Shown: positions 40,178 to 49,677 of the stretch, one piece after another
Position numbering within the stretch: the first letter of the stretch is position 1
Layout of the letters: each line of letters opens with the position of its first letter
DNA from: an uncultured Planctomycetaceae bacterium
Lineage (GTDB): Bacteria > Planctomycetota > Planctomycetia > Planctomycetales > Planctomycetaceae
DNA: 64,000 nucleotides
Assembly (NCBI GenBank): GCA_963815195.1
Contig: CAWFGE010000006.1
Location: 152,260 to 216,259 of the forward strand
Direction of reading: 5' to 3'
Notes under the pieces: model-generated
What the model was told of the DNA's origin: nothing
The model's input: the letters and a program-made list of their open reading frames with translations, nothing else
Database searches by the model: none
Translations under genes and position numbers: made by a program

Positions 40178-41245
40178 ATGAGCGAAGGACTTCTCGAAAC
40201 CGTGATGCGGGCCGTGGAGAACGGGCGGATTCCCGACCGGCTCGTGCGGTTGGGGATTCGCCGGCTTCTGAAAGAACGCTTGCAGACGGCCCGGGCGGGC
40301 GGGGCGGAGGCTCAAGCAGATCGGCTTCAACAATTGCGCGAGGAAGCCAATCACAGACCCATTGCGGTTCATACGGACAAAGCCAACGAACAGCACTATG
40401 AAGTCCCCGCCGAGTTCTTTCACCAAGTGCTCGGCCATCGCCTGAAATATAGCTGCTGCTATTGGGAACCCGCGACAAAAGCGCTGGACGAGGCCGAGGA
40501 TCTCGCGTTGGCGAAGACCGCCGACCATGCGGACTTAAAGGACGGCATGCGAATCCTGGAACTCGGCTGCGGGTGGGGTTCGTTGACGTTGTGGATGGCC
40601 GAGCGGTTCCCGCAGAGTTCGATCACGGCCGTCTCCAATTCGCACGGGCAGCGGCAGTTTATCGAAGCCGCCGCGAAAAACCGCGGCCTCTCGAACGTCC
40701 GCGTGCTGACGGCGGACATGAACGATTTCTCGCCGGACGGGTCCTTCGACCGCGTGGTCTCGGTGGAGATGTTCGAGCACATGCGAAACCACGGCGAACT
40801 CATGCGGCGAATCGCGGGTTGGCTCCAGCCCGGCGGGCGGTTGTTCGTGCACATCTTCTGCCATCGAAACCTGGCGTATTTGTTTGAAACCGAAGGGGCG
40901 GCGAATTGGATGGGCCGGCATTTCTTTTCCGGCGGCATGATGCCGAGCGCCGACTGGCTGTTGACCGCGCCGCAGCCGCTTTCGCTCGTTCGCCGCTGGC
41001 TATGGAACGGAAAACATTACGAGCGGACCTCGAACGCCTGGCTTGGAAAAATGGATTCCCGCTGCGACGCGCTCAGGCCGCTCTTTGCAGAGACTTACGG
41101 AGCCGATGCCGCGTGCTGGTGGCAGCGCTGGCGGATTTTCTTCATGGCCTGCGCGGAACTCTTCGGCTACTCCGCCGGCGAAGAATGGCTCGTCGCGCAT
41201 TACCTGTTCGAGAAGACCGAAGACGGCGCACCGCAATCAACGTAG
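40178..41245 (+). CDS. SAM-dependent methyltransferase, cyclopropane-fatty-acid synthase-like
   Basis: ANEQHYE, KYSCCYW, LELGCGWG, VSVEMFEHM. Confidence 0.9.
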   Translation: MSEGLLETVMRAVENGRIPDRLVRLGIRRLLKERLQTARAGGAEAQADRLQQLREEANHRPIAVHTDKANEQHYEVPAEFFHQVLGHRLKYSCCYWEPATKALDEAEDLALAKTADHADLKDGMRILELGCGWGSLTLWMAERFPQSSITAVSNSHGQRQFIEAAAKNRGLSNVRVLTADMNDFSPDGSFDRVVSVEMFEHMRNHGELMRRIAGWLQPGGRLFVHIFCHRNLAYLFETEGAANWMGRHFFSGGMMPSADWLLTAPQPLSLVRRWLWNGKHYERTSNAWLGKMDSRCDALRPLFAETYGADAACWWQRWRIFFMACAELFGYSAGEEWLVAHYLFEKTEDGAPQST

Positions 41246-41300
41246 CGGCGGCATCTTGCCGCCGTCGATCGATCCCGGCGGCTGGAAAGCTTCCGCTACG
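41241..41300. repeat. REP doublet (family A) filling the gap between convergent genes
   Basis: cgtagcggcggcatcttgccgccg-tcgatcgatcc-cggcggctggaaagcttccgctacg. Confidence 0.88.
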
Positions 41301-41850
41301 AGGCTTCCGGATTGATGCCCAGGTCGCGGACGGTTAAGAGCGATTGGAATCGCACCTTGTGTTTGGCGAAATTGCCCGCGCCGCCTTGGAGCCGATCCAC
41401 GATGCCGATGACCAGAACCACTTCGCAGCCGAACTCCCGGGCGCGTTCGATGGCCTGGATGGAACTGCCGCCGGTGGTGATGACATCGTCCACGATGATC
41501 ACTTTCTGGCCGGGCTCGACGGGGCCTTCGAGGAATTTTTTCGTGCCGTGGCCTTTGGCTTCCTTGCGGACGAGAAAGCCTTTGAGATCGCGGCCCTGCA
41601 CCGCGGCGGTCGCCAACACGCCGCCGATGATCGGGTCGGCCCCGATCGACATCCCGCCGACCGCGTCGCAGGCGACGCCGTCGAGCAGCGAGAGCACGCC
41701 TTCGCTCACCAGCCTCAAACCCTCGGCGTGCAGCGTGACCTGCTTGCCGTCGAGGTAATAGTTCGAGGTCTTCCCCGAGGCCAGTTGAAATTCTCCGAAC
41801 TTGAGAGCCCGCTGCTGGAAGAGTTCGATCAGTCGCTGGCGATTGTACAT
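41296..41850 (-). CDS. pyrE: Orotate phosphoribosyltransferase
   Basis: FQLASGKTSNYYLD, VRKEAKGHG, IVDDVITTGGS. Confidence 0.95.
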   Translation of the reverse strand: MYNRQRLIELFQQRALKFGEFQLASGKTSNYYLDGKQVTLHAEGLRLVSEGVLSLLDGVACDAVGGMSIGADPIIGGVLATAAVQGRDLKGFLVRKEAKGHGTKKFLEGPVEPGQKVIIVDDVITTGGSSIQAIERAREFGCEVVLVIGIVDRLQGGAGNFAKHKVRFQSLLTVRDLGINPEAS

Positions 41851-42032
41851 GACAAGTCTCCCGGCATGGGGTTTGCGGAACGGGTCCATTACGGAGGGGG
41901 CCGGCCGACCCAGGCTGCCAGAGCAGCGGTTTGCCCCGCTCCCGCCCTCATTCTAGCCGGTTTGATTGTAAACACTACAAACCGGCGAGGGAGATTTTTC
42001 AAACTTCGCATTCCTAGAGGAAAGGATTCCCG

Positions 42033-43136
42033 ATGACATACCGCATCGACGCCACGGCGAATTGGGACCGGGGCCGGCACCCGGCTTTGTTTCAACGCGT
42101 CTCGCGCACCCTTCCGCCGACCGAAGAAGCCGTCCCGCCGCCGGCCGAACCCGCCGCTTCGTCTGCGCCGGCGTTTGATCGCGACAATCACCGGGCCGCG
42201 CTCCGTGCCGAGGCCGAGCACATCGCCCACCCGCGCGAACGCGCCTGGATCCAAGCTGCCATCACGGACATCGACAACGCCCTCTATCACCGCCGTTACG
42301 CAGAAGCCCGGGCGATTGTCGAATGCCGGCTCGACAATCCTTGGCCCACGGTCGCGGTCGCGGAAGCCCGCACCCAAAACGTGGGGGCCGTTTTGGATCG
42401 CCTTTGCGAAGATGCCGGCGGTTCGGTGATTCCGGAACCGCTCAGCCGTTACGACGGCCGCGAACTCCAGGCGGGCACAGTCACGGTGCTCGTCAACGAA
42501 TCGGTCCGCGGCCGGCTCGCGGATTTGTGCGCACGATTGGCGGCGGCTCTCGAAACCCGCAGCGATCAAACTTGGGTCGTGGTCTGCCGGGAGTTCTCGG
42601 AAGAGGTCATCGTGTTGGGTTTGATCTCCCACATCACCCGCCGAATGACCACCGCCCAAGGCCTGACGTTTGAAGAAATCCAAGCCCGCCTGAGCGGCCG
42701 GGATCCTTCCGACGGCTACGGCGACAAACCCTGGCTCGTAGATGAAGCCGTCGATCGGCTCCGGCGGTGGACGGACCGCCTCGAGTTCGTGGCCGACGCC
42801 GCCGACGCACCGCTCACGATTTATACGCTGGAAAAAATCGCCGACGCCCAGACCTTGGGCGGCGTGTTTTTCGACGGCCTGCCTCGGCTTTGGCCGTCCG
42901 CCTGGCATGCGGGCTACTCCCTCCCCGCGGTCCAGTTGCGCGAGTTGGCCGCGAGGTTTTCGTGTGCCGTCGTCGCGGTCACCGATCAAACCGCCGACGC
43001 AGGCTGGGCCTTTCCCACCGGTCCTCGAGCGGCGAGCGAACGAACGCACGAAGCCGGCCGGACGCTCCGCGAGTTTCGCCAGAGGCTCTTGGATTGGATC
43101 GAACACGAAGAGGGCCAGGAAATTCGCGTCGCGTAA
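42033..43136 (+). CDS. Hypothetical protein with degenerate DnaB-like (RecA-fold) C-terminal domain
   Basis: AAGGA RBS; colinear but degenerate DnaB motifs (see findings). Confidence 0.6.
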   Translation: MTYRIDATANWDRGRHPALFQRVSRTLPPTEEAVPPPAEPAASSAPAFDRDNHRAALRAEAEHIAHPRERAWIQAAITDIDNALYHRRYAEARAIVECRLDNPWPTVAVAEARTQNVGAVLDRLCEDAGGSVIPEPLSRYDGRELQAGTVTVLVNESVRGRLADLCARLAAALETRSDQTWVVVCREFSEEVIVLGLISHITRRMTTAQGLTFEEIQARLSGRDPSDGYGDKPWLVDEAVDRLRRWTDRLEFVADAADAPLTIYTLEKIADAQTLGGVFFDGLPRLWPSAWHAGYSLPAVQLRELAARFSCAVVAVTDQTADAGWAFPTGPRAASERTHEAGRTLREFRQRLLDWIEHEEGQEIRVA

Positions 43137-43236
43137 ACCGGCCCCGATGCCGGCGACCATTGTTCCAATTCTCTTCGCATTGTAGGATCCCTCCGGACTG
43201 CATGGTTTCCTTTAGGACAAATCGAAGCGATACATC

Positions 43237-43974
43237 ATGGCGAAAGCACTCGAAGGCAAAGTGGCGGTGGTGACGGGCGGCGGGACCGGGATTGGGGCGG
43301 CGGTTGCGGTCGGGCTGGCCGAGGACGGGGCGAAAGTCGTGATCACCGGTCGGCGGGAAGAGAAGCTCGAAGAGGCGGCGGCCCGGTTTTCGGGAGAGCC
43401 GAAAATTCTCTGCCGGGCCTGTGACGTGGGCGACCGCGAGGACGCGAACGCTTTGTTTGCCTGGGTCAAAGACCACGTGGGGCCGGTGGATATTCTGGTG
43501 TCGAGCGCGGGGATCAATGTGCCCAAGCGGTCGATGGCCGAGGGCAGCCCGGAGGATTGGGACAAGGTGCTCCGCGTGAACGCGACCGGGGCCTACAACT
43601 GCATGTACGCCGCGCTCCCGGACATGCGGGCCAAGCACGACGGGGTGATCGTGAACATCTCCTCGGTGGCGGGCATCCGCGCGAGCGTTTTGGGCGGCGT
43701 GGCGTATAGCGCCTCGAAATTCGCGATGGCGGCGCTCGGCCTCACCGTCGCGGAGGAAGAACGCAACAACGGCATCCGCATCACGAACGTCTATCCCGGC
43801 GAAGTGGAAACGCCGATCTTGGACCAGCGCCCCGTCCCTGTCTCCGCCGAGCACCGCGCCCGCATCCTGCAGCCCGAAGACGTGGCCGCCGCGGTGTTGA
43901 TGGTCGTCAAACTCCCGCCCCGCGCCTCGGTGCCGGAGCTCACGATCAAACCAACGACGCAGAGTTTCGTCTGA
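43237..43974 (+). CDS. Short-chain dehydrogenase/reductase
   Basis: TGGGTGIG, NISS, YSASK, PGEVET. Confidence 0.95.
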   Translation: MAKALEGKVAVVTGGGTGIGAAVAVGLAEDGAKVVITGRREEKLEEAAARFSGEPKILCRACDVGDREDANALFAWVKDHVGPVDILVSSAGINVPKRSMAEGSPEDWDKVLRVNATGAYNCMYAALPDMRAKHDGVIVNISSVAGIRASVLGGVAYSASKFAMAALGLTVAEEERNNGIRITNVYPGEVETPILDQRPVPVSAEHRARILQPEDVAAAVLMVVKLPPRASVPELTIKPTTQSFV

Positions 43975-44091
43975 TTGGGGGAGCCTGGGACGAAATTTGA
44001 GTTATGATGAGGGGTGGACGGATGCGGAATCGCAGCTCGGTTTGCGATTCCTCCCTCTCTTGTTTGGTTCATCAGGTGGAGTCGCTGCGCG

Positions 44092-45033
<942 letters not shown>

Positions 45034-45070
45034 AAACCGAATTGAAAATAAATGAAAGGACGTTTCCGTC

Positions 45071-45096
45071 TGTTCGCCAGGCTCTGCCTGGGAACA
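45071..45096. repeat. Single REP-like palindrome
   Basis: tgttcgccaggc-tct-gcctgggaaca. Confidence 0.6.
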
Positions 45097-45279
45097 CCGC
45101 AAACGTCGAGCCGCTTATCACGCCCGGTCGGTGACGACTTCGATCAACTCCGCGTTATTTTCAATAAACGGGTTGAGTTTCGGATCGGCGGTTTCCACAA
45201 TCACGGTTGGCTCCTTTCCTTCCGTTCGCGGTGCGTGCGCTCCGTTCCGTGTATCGACAGTCCTTGATGAGAACCCAAC

Positions 45280-46326
45280 ATGGTCAGCGAGTTCGAACAA
45301 GAGTTTCAAGACTTCACCCAATCCGGGCAGCGGCCGATCACCACGGTGCAGCAGCACATTCTCCGCGAGCAATCCAAAGTGCCGGGGGCGTCGGGCGAGT
45401 TTTCCTGGCTGCTCTCCGGGATCACGTTGGCGACGAAGATGATTCAAGCCCTCGTCCGGCGGGCGGGGCTGACGGATGTTTTGGGATCCGAAGGCAGCAT
45501 CAACGTCCAAGGCGAAGTCCAGCAGAAGTTGGACATCTATGCCAACCGGGCCCTCGTTCATTGTCTGAGTTTGCGGGAAAGCGTGGCGGTGCTCGCTTCG
45601 GAAGAGAACGAAGAACCGCTGCTCGTCGATTCCGGGGCTCCCGAATCCAAGTACATCGTCGTGTTCGACCCGCTGGACGGTTCCTCGAACATCGACGTCA
45701 ACGTGAGCGTGGGGACCACGTTTTCGGTCCTCAAACGCCGGCCGACCTCCAAGCCCCACAGCGATCCCATGCCGGACGTTTTGCAGCCCGGCTACCAGCA
45801 GATCGCAGCGGGTTATGTGGTGTATGGCTCCTCGACGATTTTGGTGTATAGCGTGGGCAACGGCGTGCACGGTTTTACGCTCGATCCTTTGATCGGGGCC
45901 TATGTGCTGAGCCACGAAAACATCCGCATGCCGGAGCAGGGCAAGTATTATTCGGTGAACGAGGGCTACCGCGATTCGTTCCCGGAGCCCTATCAACGGT
46001 ACATCGACGCCCTCCGCCACGGAGCCTTGGGGCAGCCCTATTCCTCGCGGTACATCGGTTCGATGGTCGCCGATTTCCACCGCACGCTCCTCAAAGGCGG
46101 CGTGTTTTTGTATCCGCCCACGAAACAGAACCCCGAAGGCAAACTCCGGCTTTTGTACGAAGCCAACCCGATCGCGTATCTCACCGAGCAAGCCGGCGGC
46201 GTCGCCACGGACGGGCAAAGGCGGATGTTGTCCGTCAAACCCGAAAGCATCCACCAGCGCACGCCGCTCGTCGTCGGCGGCAAAATGGAAATGGCCGAGT
46301 GGGAACGCTATAGCGCGGCCCTATAA
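45280..46326 (+). CDS. fbp: Class 1 fructose-1,6-bisphosphatase
   Basis: QKLD, SEE, DPLDGSSN, RYIGSMVAD, GKLRLLYE. Confidence 0.97.
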   Translation: MVSEFEQEFQDFTQSGQRPITTVQQHILREQSKVPGASGEFSWLLSGITLATKMIQALVRRAGLTDVLGSEGSINVQGEVQQKLDIYANRALVHCLSLRESVAVLASEENEEPLLVDSGAPESKYIVVFDPLDGSSNIDVNVSVGTTFSVLKRRPTSKPHSDPMPDVLQPGYQQIAAGYVVYGSSTILVYSVGNGVHGFTLDPLIGAYVLSHENIRMPEQGKYYSVNEGYRDSFPEPYQRYIDALRHGALGQPYSSRYIGSMVADFHRTLLKGGVFLYPPTKQNPEGKLRLLYEANPIAYLTEQAGGVATDGQRRMLSVKPESIHQRTPLVVGGKMEMAEWERYSAAL

Positions 46327-46359
46327 CTCCTGTCACCACGTAACTTCCGAAGAAGAATA

Positions 46360-46491
46360 GGAACCACGAATTACACAAATAACACGGATGGCGTGAAACG
46401 GACGGCCGCCGTGCGCATCTCCTTTCGGGATGAACGGAGTCGTGATTGGCCGAGACAGGATTTTTTCGTGTCTTTCGTGTGATTCGTGGTT
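46360..46491. mobile_element. Empty MITE-like element with family B inverted ends
   Basis: ggaaccacgaattacacaaataacacgga ... ttcgtgtctttcgtgtgattcgtggtt, with 9-bp periodic CACGAA units. Confidence 0.7.
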
Positions 46492-46519
46492 GATCCATAT
46501 TCAGATCGATTTGCTTGTT

Positions 46520-47665
46520 ATGTCCGCGATTGCCGAGTCCACTGCTGCCCGATCTGAAACGACTTCCTTTCCGTGGTTGTTCTCGGCATCGGTGGATTTG
46601 GGCGTGTTCTTGGGAAGCGCGCTGGTTTCGCTGGTCCTGCTCGCCGTGGGCGCGGCCTTGGGGATTTTGGATCAGACGACGCCCGGTTGGACCTGGGTCT
46701 CCGCGATTTTGCTGATCGACGTAGCCCACGTGTATGCCACGGGCTTTCGGGTATATTTTGATCGAGCCGAACTCGCCCGCCGGCCGGTGCTTTACTTCGG
46801 GGTGCCGGCGTTTGCGTTTTTGTTCGGCTGCGTGCTGTATTCGTTCGGGCCGCTCGTGTTTTGGAGCGTGCTCGCCTACCTGGCGGTGTTTCATTTCGTC
46901 AGGCAGCAATACGGCTGGGTCGCGCTGTACCGGGCCAAAGCCGGCGAATCCGATCCGTGGGAACGCCGGCTCGACTCGGCCGCGATTTACCTGGCCACTC
47001 TGTATCCGCTGATCTATTGGCACGGCCGACTGCCGCGGAACTTTGAATGGTTCCTGCCGAACGATTTCGCCTCCGGGCTGCCTTGGGGTTTCGTGCAGGT
47101 GCTCACGCCGATTTATTGGGGCGTGATGGCGGCGTATTTCTTGAAAGCCGCCCGCTGTTGGCTGGTAGGACGGGCGAATCCCGGCAAAGACCTCGTCGTC
47201 GCGACGACCGCGGCGTGCTGGTACGTGGGGATCATCACATTCAATTCCGATTACGCCTTCACCGTGACCAACGTCATCATCCACGGCGTTCCTTATATGG
47301 CCCTCGTGTATTGGTATTGGCGAAAGCGGCATCCCGGCCTTTCGCCCGCCAATACGTCCCCGTGGAAAATGCTGGTGATGTTTCTGGGAACGATCTGGGT
47401 CTTGGCGTACCTGGAAGAACTCGTCTGGGACCGCACCATCTGGCAGCAGCGGGCCTGGCTGTTCGGCTCGGCCGTCCCCGCCCAACGCTGGCAGTTCCTC
47501 CTGGTCCCGCTGCTCGCGGTTCCGCAGTTCACCCATTACGTGCTGGACGGCTTTATTTGGAAGCGGCGGAAAAATCCGGATTTCTCAGAACTCACAATGT
47601 TGGCTCGATCGCCAAGGCGAAAATCGCGGCCGAATCGCTCAAACCCGTCGCCCGAACATAGATAA
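46520..47665 (+). CDS. Polytopic membrane protein with conserved-looking His motifs
   Basis: DVAHVYAT, FHFVRQQYG, HGVPY, THYVLDGFIW; about eight TM segments. Confidence 0.8.
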   Translation: MSAIAESTAARSETTSFPWLFSASVDLGVFLGSALVSLVLLAVGAALGILDQTTPGWTWVSAILLIDVAHVYATGFRVYFDRAELARRPVLYFGVPAFAFLFGCVLYSFGPLVFWSVLAYLAVFHFVRQQYGWVALYRAKAGESDPWERRLDSAAIYLATLYPLIYWHGRLPRNFEWFLPNDFASGLPWGFVQVLTPIYWGVMAAYFLKAARCWLVGRANPGKDLVVATTAACWYVGIITFNSDYAFTVTNVIIHGVPYMALVYWYWRKRHPGLSPANTSPWKMLVMFLGTIWVLAYLEELVWDRTIWQQRAWLFGSAVPAQRWQFLLVPLLAVPQFTHYVLDGFIWKRRKNPDFSELTMLARSPRRKSRPNRSNPSPEHR

Positions 47666-47725
47666 TCTCCGGCGGGATGAGTATGCTCGTGTTCGAGCCC
47701 TTGGATTTTGGCGAGCCAATTTTGC

Positions 47726-47741
47726 TGGCATGCGGATTGCT
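47726..47741 (+). promoter_or_regulatory. Sigma54 (-24/-12) promoter upstream of glnA
   Basis: TGGCATGCGGATTGCT fits TGGCAC-N5-TTGCW with GG-N10-GC spacing. Confidence 0.7.
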
Positions 47742-47828
47742 TTGACCACCGACAACCTCAGGTTTTTTCCCAAACTTTAACAAAATACTGCACTTAGGAA
47801 GAATGTACGGCCCCAAAAGCACAGCTCG

Positions 47829-47867
47829 TGCCTGGTTATTGTGCATGAGTTGCAAAAAAATTGTGCA
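47829..47867. promoter_or_regulatory. Two NtrC-like boxes
   Basis: TGCC-N9-TGCA (47829-47845) and TGCA-N9-TGCA (47851-47867), 22 bp apart. Confidence 0.6.
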
Positions 47868-48114
47868 AGTGCAGAGTCTTGAGGTGTCCTGACGTTTTCA
47901 AATCCCAACCCCCCCGGACAGTTAAAGGAGCGCTCGCCTAATGTCCATCCGCAGCTCACCAAGTGCCCCGTTGCCATCTTCCTCAACGGACTGACGGTTC
48001 GTCGTGTGATTTAACGAAATCACACGCGGAACGTCGTTCGTTTTCGCCATCAGTATTGCGCTGTTTGGATTTAGTTTTTCACGAAATGACACCTTGCAAG
48101 GAGTTTTGAGACTT

Positions 48115-49530
48115 ATGACCCCTTCGGATTTCTTCAAATTTGCCAAGGAAAACAAATGCGAGCAAGTGGACATGAAGTTCTGCGACCTGTTCGGCACCTG
48201 GCAGCACTGCACTTACCCCATCGACACGTTGGATGAGAGCGTTTTCGAAGATGGCTTCGGGTTCGATGGCTCCTCGATTCGCGGCTGGCAAGCGATCAAT
48301 GAATCCGACATGCTCGCCGTCCCGGATCCCAACTCCACAAAGCTCGACCCATTTTTCGCTCAACCGACTGTCAGCGTGATCGCCGACATCGTCGATCCGA
48401 TCACCAAAGAGGCCTACCACAAAGACCCGCGCGGCATCGTCAAGAAGGGGGCTGCCTATCTGGAATCCACCGGCATTGCCGATACCTGCTTCATTGGTCC
48501 CGAACCGGAATTCTTTATCTTCGACGACATCCGCTACCAAACCAACCAGCGCGGGGGGATGTACGAAATCGATTCCTCCGAAGCCGCCTGGAATACCGGG
48601 CGGAGCGAACCGGGCGGAAACTTGGGCCACAAGGTCGGCTACAAAGGCGGTTATTTCCCCGTCAGCCCCAGCGACACCATGTCCGACATCCGCGGGGAAA
48701 TGGTCAACGAGATGCGCAAGATGGGCATCGTCGTGGAAGCCCATCACCACGAAGTCGGCACCGCCGGGCAATGCGAAATCGATATGAAGTTCGCCCCGAT
48801 CTTGCAAATGGCCGACCAGTTCATGTGGTACAAGTACATCATCAAAAACGTCGCCAAACGGCACGGCAAAACCGTGACCTTCATGCCCAAGCCGGTGTTT
48901 GAAGACAACGGCTCCGGGATGCACACGCACATCTCCTTGTGGAAAGACGGGACGCCTTTGATGGCCGGCGACGGTTATGCCGGGATGTCCGAATTGGGCT
49001 TGTACGGCATCGGCGGGATCCTCAAGCACGGCCGGGCCTTGATCGCCCTCTCCGCGCCGACGGTTAACAGCTATCACCGCCTCGTGCCCGGCTACGAAGC
49101 CCCGGTGACGCTGGCCATGAGCCAGCGGAACCGCTCGGCCTCCTGCCGGATTCCGATGTACTCCAATAGCCCGAAGGCCAAGCGCGTCGAGTTCCGCTGC
49201 CCCGATCCGTCGGCGTGCGCGTACTTGAGCTTCACCGCGCTGATGATGGCCATGATCGACGGCATCCAGAACAAGATCGATCCGGGCGATCCTCTGGACC
49301 GCGACATCTACGACATGACGCCCGAAGAACTGGCCGAGACCAACGTCGCCCCCAAATCCCTGGGCGAAGCCTTGGAAGCGCTCCGAGGCGACTACGCGTT
49401 CCTGACGAAAGGCGACGTGTTCAGCGAAGATCTGATCAAGACCTTCATCAACTACAAATACGAGAATGAGATCGATCCCATCCGCCTGCGGCCTCATCCG
49501 TTTGAGTTCGATCTGTATTACAACGTCTAA
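48115..49530 (+). CDS. glnA: Glutamine synthetase type I
   Basis: [46 protein letters not shown]. Confidence 0.98.
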   Translation: MTPSDFFKFAKENKCEQVDMKFCDLFGTWQHCTYPIDTLDESVFEDGFGFDGSSIRGWQAINESDMLAVPDPNSTKLDPFFAQPTVSVIADIVDPITKEAYHKDPRGIVKKGAAYLESTGIADTCFIGPEPEFFIFDDIRYQTNQRGGMYEIDSSEAAWNTGRSEPGGNLGHKVGYKGGYFPVSPSDTMSDIRGEMVNEMRKMGIVVEAHHHEVGTAGQCEIDMKFAPILQMADQFMWYKYIIKNVAKRHGKTVTFMPKPVFEDNGSGMHTHISLWKDGTPLMAGDGYAGMSELGLYGIGGILKHGRALIALSAPTVNSYHRLVPGYEAPVTLAMSQRNRSASCRIPMYSNSPKAKRVEFRCPDPSACAYLSFTALMMAMIDGIQNKIDPGDPLDRDIYDMTPEELAETNVAPKSLGEALEALRGDYAFLTKGDVFSEDLIKTFINYKYENEIDPIRLRPHPFEFDLYYNV

Positions 49531-49551
49531 AACGGCCCGTTAAACATCACG

Positions 49552-49586
49552 AAAAACCCGTTGCGCCCTGCGCAGCGGGTTTTTTG
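49552..49586 (+). terminator. Rho-independent terminator after glnA (possibly bidirectional)
   Basis: aaaaacccgttgcg-ccctg-cgcagcgggtttttt. Confidence 0.85.
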
Positions 49587-49677
49587 CGTTTCGCCTCGGG
49601 AGAATCCCGTTATAATGCATGTCTAATCGTCCATCCGTTCTGGTCCAGTTCTGATCCTCGTCGCGGAGGCGGCCGAC

